From the NCBI GenBank assembly GCA_038231275.1, contig JBBRLQ010000004.1, positions 160,001-224,000 on the forward strand: DNA of 64,000 nt, given 5' to 3'. The notes below the pieces were generated by a model. It did not search any database and was not told the DNA's origin. It worked only from the letters and a program-made list of their open reading frames with translations. Both the position numbers and the translations under genes were made by a program. Shown here in pieces: positions 59,610 through 64,000 of this stretch; position 1 is the first letter of the stretch; every line of letters starts with the position of its first letter. This DNA comes from Polyangiales bacterium (GTDB taxonomy: Bacteria > Myxococcota_A > Polyangia > Polyangiales > Polyangiaceae).

Positions 59610-60185
59610 TCAGATGCAGGTGTGACCGGTCGGCGAGGCGCACGCGCCGCCGCCGCCCGCGAGCGACACGCAGCAGTTGCTCGTGCAGTCGGAGCTCGAC
59701 GAGCAACCGGCGTGGCACGCCCCGTCGTCGCTCACGCACTTCTGACCCTGCGGTCCGATGCCCGCGCCGGACTGGCAGCACTGGGACGTGGTCGTGCAGT
59801 TCCCGCCGGGTCCAGAGCATTGGCCGCCGCTGCTGCTGCCGCTGGTGCCGCTGCTCGAGGCGCCGCTGGTGCCGCTGCTCGAGCTGGAGCTGCCCGGGCA
59901 CGCCGAGCTGCGCTTGGTGCACGACGACGTGTCGCTCTGGTTGAAGCACTTGTCGAGCGCGCCCTGGTTCGGGCAGTCGAAGTAGTTGTTGTTGAGCCCG
60001 CAGCAGAACGCGCTCGAGCCGCTGGAGGAGCTCGACGAGCTGGTCCCACTCGTGCCGCTGCTGGTCCCGCCGTTGGAGCTCCCGCTGGTGCCCCCGCTCG
60101 ACGAGCCGCCGGTGCTGCTGGTGCTGCTACACGCGAAGACAGCGAAAGACATGGAGAAAAGGGCCACGATGACTTTGGAACGCAT
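59610..60185 (-). CDS. Small Ser/Gly- and Cys-rich lipoprotein (knottin-like modules)
   Basis: Lipobox VFAC; 18 further Cys in clusters separated by S/G linkers, including C-x6-C-x5-CC. Confidence 0.7.
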   Translation of the reverse strand: MRSKVIVALFSMSFAVFACSSTSSTGGSSSGGTSGSSNGGTSSGTSGTSSSSSSSGSSAFCCGLNNNYFDCPNQGALDKCFNQSDTSSCTKRSSACPGSSSSSSGTSGASSSGTSGSSSGGQCSGPGGNCTTTSQCCQSGAGIGPQGQKCVSDDGACHAGCSSSSDCTSNCCVSLAGGGGACASPTGHTCI

Positions 60186-60388
60186 GGGCGACGACCTCGT
60201 TTCGAGTGGATTTCGAGCCGGGACAGCCATGTGCAGTCTCGCTGCGCACGATGGTCCCACCTTTCAGTATGGACACGCACAATCCCACCCGTAGCGTTCC
60301 AAGTCAACCGTAGCGGCGCATTTTCTCGCGTCGGCTGGCTTTCTTCGAAGGGTTCCGGAGCGTTGCCTCGCGTGCTATGAGCAGGGCC

Positions 60389-61153
60389 ATGGAACCGGGC
60401 AGCACAATCCAGCTCAGCGGTAAGGTCGCCATCCTGACCGGCGCTAGCCGCGGGATCGGCGAGGCCATGGCGCGCGCGTTCGTCCGCGCAGGCGCCAAGG
60501 TCGTGCTCGCCGCACGCAAACCCGAGGGTGTCCAGGCGGTGGCCGCGTCGCTCGGCGAGAGCGCGCTCGGCGTCGCGGCACACACCGGCAAAGAGTCCGA
60601 CTGCGTCGCGCTCGTCGACGCGGCGATCAAACATTTCGGCAAGGTCGATCTCCTCGTCAACAACGCGGCGACCAACCCGCACTTCGGCCCGATGCTCGAC
60701 TGCGAGATGGGCGCGTTCGACAAGACCTTCGAGGTGAACCTCAAGGGCTATTTTTGGATGATCCGCGGCGTCGCGAGGCACCTGCAGTCACGCAATGCGC
60801 CGGGCGCCATCGTCAACGTCGCGAGCGTCGCCGCGCTCGAGGCCGCGCCGATGCAGGGCGTGTACGGGATGACGAAGGCCGCGGTGGTGTCGATGACCAA
60901 GACGCTCGCGTACGAGCTCGGCGGTTCCAAGATCCGCGTCAACGCGATCGCTCCGGGCCTCGTCGACACGCGCCTCGCGAGCGCGATCGTGCAGAACGAA
61001 GACCTCGTGAAGATGGTGAAGGCGAAGACCCCGCTAGGGCGGGTCGCGCAGCCGGACGAGATCGCTGGCGGAGCGGTCTACCTTTGCTCCGATGCTGCAA
61101 ATTTCTTGACGGGACACACACTTGTGATCGACGGAGGGTTGACCGTCTGCTAA
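60389..61153 (+). CDS. SDR-family oxidoreductase (DHRS4-like)
   Basis: TGASRGIG, NNAATNP and YGMTK. Start is 60389 or 60377. Confidence 0.9.
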   Translation: MEPGSTIQLSGKVAILTGASRGIGEAMARAFVRAGAKVVLAARKPEGVQAVAASLGESALGVAAHTGKESDCVALVDAAIKHFGKVDLLVNNAATNPHFGPMLDCEMGAFDKTFEVNLKGYFWMIRGVARHLQSRNAPGAIVNVASVAALEAAPMQGVYGMTKAAVVSMTKTLAYELGGSKIRVNAIAPGLVDTRLASAIVQNEDLVKMVKAKTPLGRVAQPDEIAGGAVYLCSDAANFLTGHTLVIDGGLTVC

Positions 61154-61189
61154 CTGGGCGGCTCAACTTGGTGGAGTAGAACGCGACCG

Positions 61190-62689
61190 ATGGAGTCGGG
61201 GCAGACCATCGCGGGTAAATACCGTCTCAACCAGCTTCTGGGGGCTGGAGGGATGGCGTCCGTCTGGTCGGCGACCAATATGTTCACCGAGCGCCAGGTC
61301 GCGGTGAAGTTCATGCTCCCCGCGGTCGCTCGGACGCAAGAGGCCGCGCGCCGCTTCCTGATGGAAGCGAAGGTCACAGCGCGCATCGATCACCCGAACG
61401 TGATCGAGATCATGGACGTCGGCCAGACCGAGGACGGGACGCTCTTCCTCGTGATGGAGCTGCTCACGGGCGTGTCGCTCGAGACGGCGCTGAAGCGGCA
61501 ACAGCCGACGATGACGCTGCACGAGTTCTGCTTCGTGATGATCCAGGTCGCGCGTGCGCTCGTGGCGGCGCACAAGCGCGGCATCATCCACCGCGATCTG
61601 AAGCCCACGAACATCTTCCTCCACAAATCGCGCGACGGCGTCGCGGTGCCCAAGCTCCTCGACTTCGGCGTCAGCAAATTCCTGGACGACGAGGGCAGCA
61701 AGAACCACGCGCTCACCGTCGCCGGCACCGTGCTCGGCTCGCCGCTCTACATGAGCCCCGAGCAAGCGCGCGGCGAGAACGACATCGACGGCCGCACCGA
61801 CATCTTCGCGTTCGGCGGGATCATGTTCGAGGCGCTGTGCGGCACGCGCGCGTACGACGGCGCGAACTTCAACCAGCTCATCGTCGCGATCGCGACCAAG
61901 CCGCCGAAGGACATCGAAGAGATCGCGCCGCAGATGCCCGAGGTGCTGCGCGAGGTCGTGCGCGTGTGCCTCGTCTCCGAGCGCGACAAGCGCGTGCAGT
62001 CTTTGGACCCGGTGGCGGAGCGCTTGCTCGCCGCACTGCCGGATCTCGAGCACTCGGGGCTGCGGCTCCCCTCGCCCGCCGGATCGAGCGCCGATCCCGA
62101 CGCGACGAACGCGCTGCCCGTCGTGAGGCCCAGCGACCGTCCGCCGCCGCTCTCGCTGTCCGAGGGGGGCGGCACGCACACGCCGTGGGCCACGCCATCT
62201 GGCATCGCGACGCAGACGGTGAACAAGCGCCGCCAGCAGCAGAACGGCATCATCGTCGCGATCGCGGCGGCGGCGGCGGTGTTCATCGTCATGGCGGTGG
62301 GCGTGGTCGCGGTGCTGAAGCTGCGCCGCGCACCCGCCACGCCGGCGACGACCCTGCCGACCACTGCCCCGCCGCCCTCGCCGCCGCCGCCCTCGCCCAC
62401 CACCGACGACGGCCCCCCGGTCATCAACGTGGACTCGCTCCCGATCGCCAAGTCCGGCTCCGGCGCCGCGCGCGGAATGGGGCGCCTCACGATCGTCGCC
62501 GAGGGGTTCTTCTGCAGCGTGTCGATCGACGGCAAACCTTTGGGGACCACGCCGATCGCCCAAGTGACGGTGCCGGCGGGGACACATCACCTCAAGTGCG
62601 AGCCGCCGTCCGGCAAGGTCCGCAACGCGACCGTCGTGGTGGCGCCCGGGAGCGACGCGACGCTCTACAAATTCCCCGCCAACGAGTGA
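61190..62689 (+). CDS. Ser/Thr protein kinase, TM, C-terminal PEGA-like domain
   Basis: GAGGMASV, VAVK, HRDLKPTN, DFG and YMSPE; C-terminal VSIDGKPLGTTP...VPAGTH. Confidence 0.92.
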   Translation: MESGQTIAGKYRLNQLLGAGGMASVWSATNMFTERQVAVKFMLPAVARTQEAARRFLMEAKVTARIDHPNVIEIMDVGQTEDGTLFLVMELLTGVSLETALKRQQPTMTLHEFCFVMIQVARALVAAHKRGIIHRDLKPTNIFLHKSRDGVAVPKLLDFGVSKFLDDEGSKNHALTVAGTVLGSPLYMSPEQARGENDIDGRTDIFAFGGIMFEALCGTRAYDGANFNQLIVAIATKPPKDIEEIAPQMPEVLREVVRVCLVSERDKRVQSLDPVAERLLAALPDLEHSGLRLPSPAGSSADPDATNALPVVRPSDRPPPLSLSEGGGTHTPWATPSGIATQTVNKRRQQQNGIIVAIAAAAAVFIVMAVGVVAVLKLRRAPATPATTLPTTAPPPSPPPPSPTTDDGPPVINVDSLPIAKSGSGAARGMGRLTIVAEGFFCSVSIDGKPLGTTPIAQVTVPAGTHHLKCEPPSGKVRNATVVVAPGSDATLYKFPANE

Positions 62690-63507
62690 CCGTGGGCGAG
62701 GGCGAGATCCAGCGGATGATCGCCGAGGCGTGCCTCGCGGCGGGCTCCGAGGAGGAGTTCACGAACGATCTGCGCGGCTTCCTCACGCGGCACGGCGTGC
62801 CCGCGAAGGACATCGAGGCCATCGTGGCCGCTCCGCCTCGCCTCTCGCTGTACCGACGGCTCGTGCGCGGGAACGTCGCCGGGGTCACGCAGCGGATGAT
62901 GCCGCGAACGCGCGCGCGCCTGAACGCGGCGGGCGGCCTCTTCGACGCCTCGTTCGATAGGTTCCTCGAAGAGCGGGCGCCGCGAACGCACTACCTCCGC
63001 GACGTGCCCTCCGAGTTCCTCGCATGGGTCGCGCCGCGGTGGCGCGCGCAGAAGGAGGTCCCTGCATACGCGGCCGATCTCGCGGCGCACGAGGTCGTCG
63101 AGTTCGAGATCTGCGCCGCGCCGGTCCCGGCCGATCCGCCGCCGCTTGGCGAGGTCGCGCTCGATCGCGCGCTCGTCTTCACCGACGCCAAGCGCGTGAT
63201 GCGCTACGCGCACGCGGTCCACCTGCTCCCGGCCGACGAGGACGATCGTACGGCGCCCGATGCGCGCGACGTGACGCTGCTCGTCTACCGCGACGACGAG
63301 CACGCGGCGCGCTTCCTCGAGCTGAGCCCGCTGGCCGGCGCGATCGTCACGCACCTCATCGCAGGCGAACCGCTCGGCGCAGCGCTCGGCGCGGCGTGCG
63401 CAGCGCTGGGCTTCACCCTGGGCGACGCGATCCTCGCCGACACCGCTCGTCTGCTCGCGGATCTCGGCGATCGCGGCGTCCTCCTCGGCGCGCGTCCGAA
63501 CACCTGA
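62686..63507 (+). CDS. DUF2063 / HvfC-like MNIO partner protein
   Basis: GTGA overlap with the kinase; RLSLYRRLVRGN...PRTR, F....P.T.YL.DVP.EF, DLAAHE and LLVYR. Confidence 0.75.
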   Translation: MTVGEGEIQRMIAEACLAAGSEEEFTNDLRGFLTRHGVPAKDIEAIVAAPPRLSLYRRLVRGNVAGVTQRMMPRTRARLNAAGGLFDASFDRFLEERAPRTHYLRDVPSEFLAWVAPRWRAQKEVPAYAADLAAHEVVEFEICAAPVPADPPPLGEVALDRALVFTDAKRVMRYAHAVHLLPADEDDRTAPDARDVTLLVYRDDEHAARFLELSPLAGAIVTHLIAGEPLGAALGAACAALGFTLGDAILADTARLLADLGDRGVLLGARPNT

Positions 63508-63513
63508 GCGCGG

Positions 63514-64000
63514 TCACACCGCGATCTTGTTCGCGCGGGCGGTCGACGCGACCCAGATGCGCTTCAGCGTCGCCACTTCGGCGAGCAGCGCGTCCAGCGG
63601 CGGGATCGCCTGATCGCGCTCGAGGAGCACCGGCACCGGTCCGGTCTTTTCGAGCACGCGCCCGAGCAGCGCCAGCACCGGATCGCACACGTCGGCGCCG
63701 TGCGTGTCGACGATGACCTTGCCGCCCGGTCCTTCGTCGAACCACTCGTGACCGGCGACGTGCATCTGGACGACGCGATGCATCGGCACCGTGCGCATCC
63801 ACTCGTCGACGTCGAAGCCGAAGTTGACGCCGTTCACGTACGCGTTGTTCACGTCGAGCATGAGCCCGCAGTCGGCGCGGTCGCACAGCTTCGCGATGAA
63901 CTCCGCCTCCCCCATCTCCCTCTCGCCAGGGTGGAGGTAGAAGCTGATGTTCTCGACCGCCATCGGCACGCCGAGCGCATCCTGCGCGCGCCGCACGCGA
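63514..64000 (-). CDS. DUF692 multinuclear non-heme iron-dependent oxidative enzyme (MNIO, MbnB/TglH family), 5' part beyond window
   Basis: Iron-ligand motifs AVENIS, LMLDVNN.YVN, QMHVAGH, VDTHG and VLLERD. Confidence 0.9.
   Translation of the reverse strand, partial: RVRRAQDALGVPMAVENISFYLHPGEREMGEAEFIAKLCDRADCGLMLDVNNAYVNGVNFGFDVDEWMRTVPMHRVVQMHVAGHEWFDEGPGGKVIVDTHGADVCDPVLALLGRVLEKTGPVPVLLERDQAIPPLDALLAEVATLKRIWVASTARANKIAV

Overview
High-GC (roughly 70% by eye) chromosomal window from a myxobacterium, probably Polyangiales/Sorangiineae. The inference rests on the giant TPR protein, three eukaryotic-like Ser/Thr kinases, many DAG/Cys/Ser-rich lipoproteins and a split nuo operon. About 45 real CDSs are present; most long ORFs in the supplied track are antisense shadows. 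Contents, left to right: a >3390-aa AgmK-like TPR gene running off the left edge and absent from the ORF track; lipid enzymes (PlsC-like, DAG-kinase-like); exported YyaL-like protein; DUF952-DJ-1 fusion; galE; Ser/Thr kinase; a cobalamin riboswitch heading an orphan beta-propeller lipoprotein; coaBC; FGE-domain and VanW proteins; ychF with a perfect 17-bp hairpin over its stop codon; an ECF sigma/kinase pair; DUF4234/DUF2752; nuoEF-JKLMN with extended NuoL/NuoM and a coupled lipoprotein; hisC; a Ser-to-Thr trypsin homolog; P-loop-less LonC; FHA-GAF-adenylate cyclase; accA; propeller-diheme cytochrome c; SDR; and, at the right edge, a kinase-coupled DUF2063 gene convergent with a DUF692 (MNIO) gene. 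No rRNA, tRNA, CRISPR array, integrase or transposase was seen. The best candidates for new biology are the decorated complex I, the B12-riboswitch lipoprotein, the MNIO/DUF2063/kinase arrangement and the ECF-kinase module next to ychF. All family calls are from motif recognition by eye; no database searches were run.
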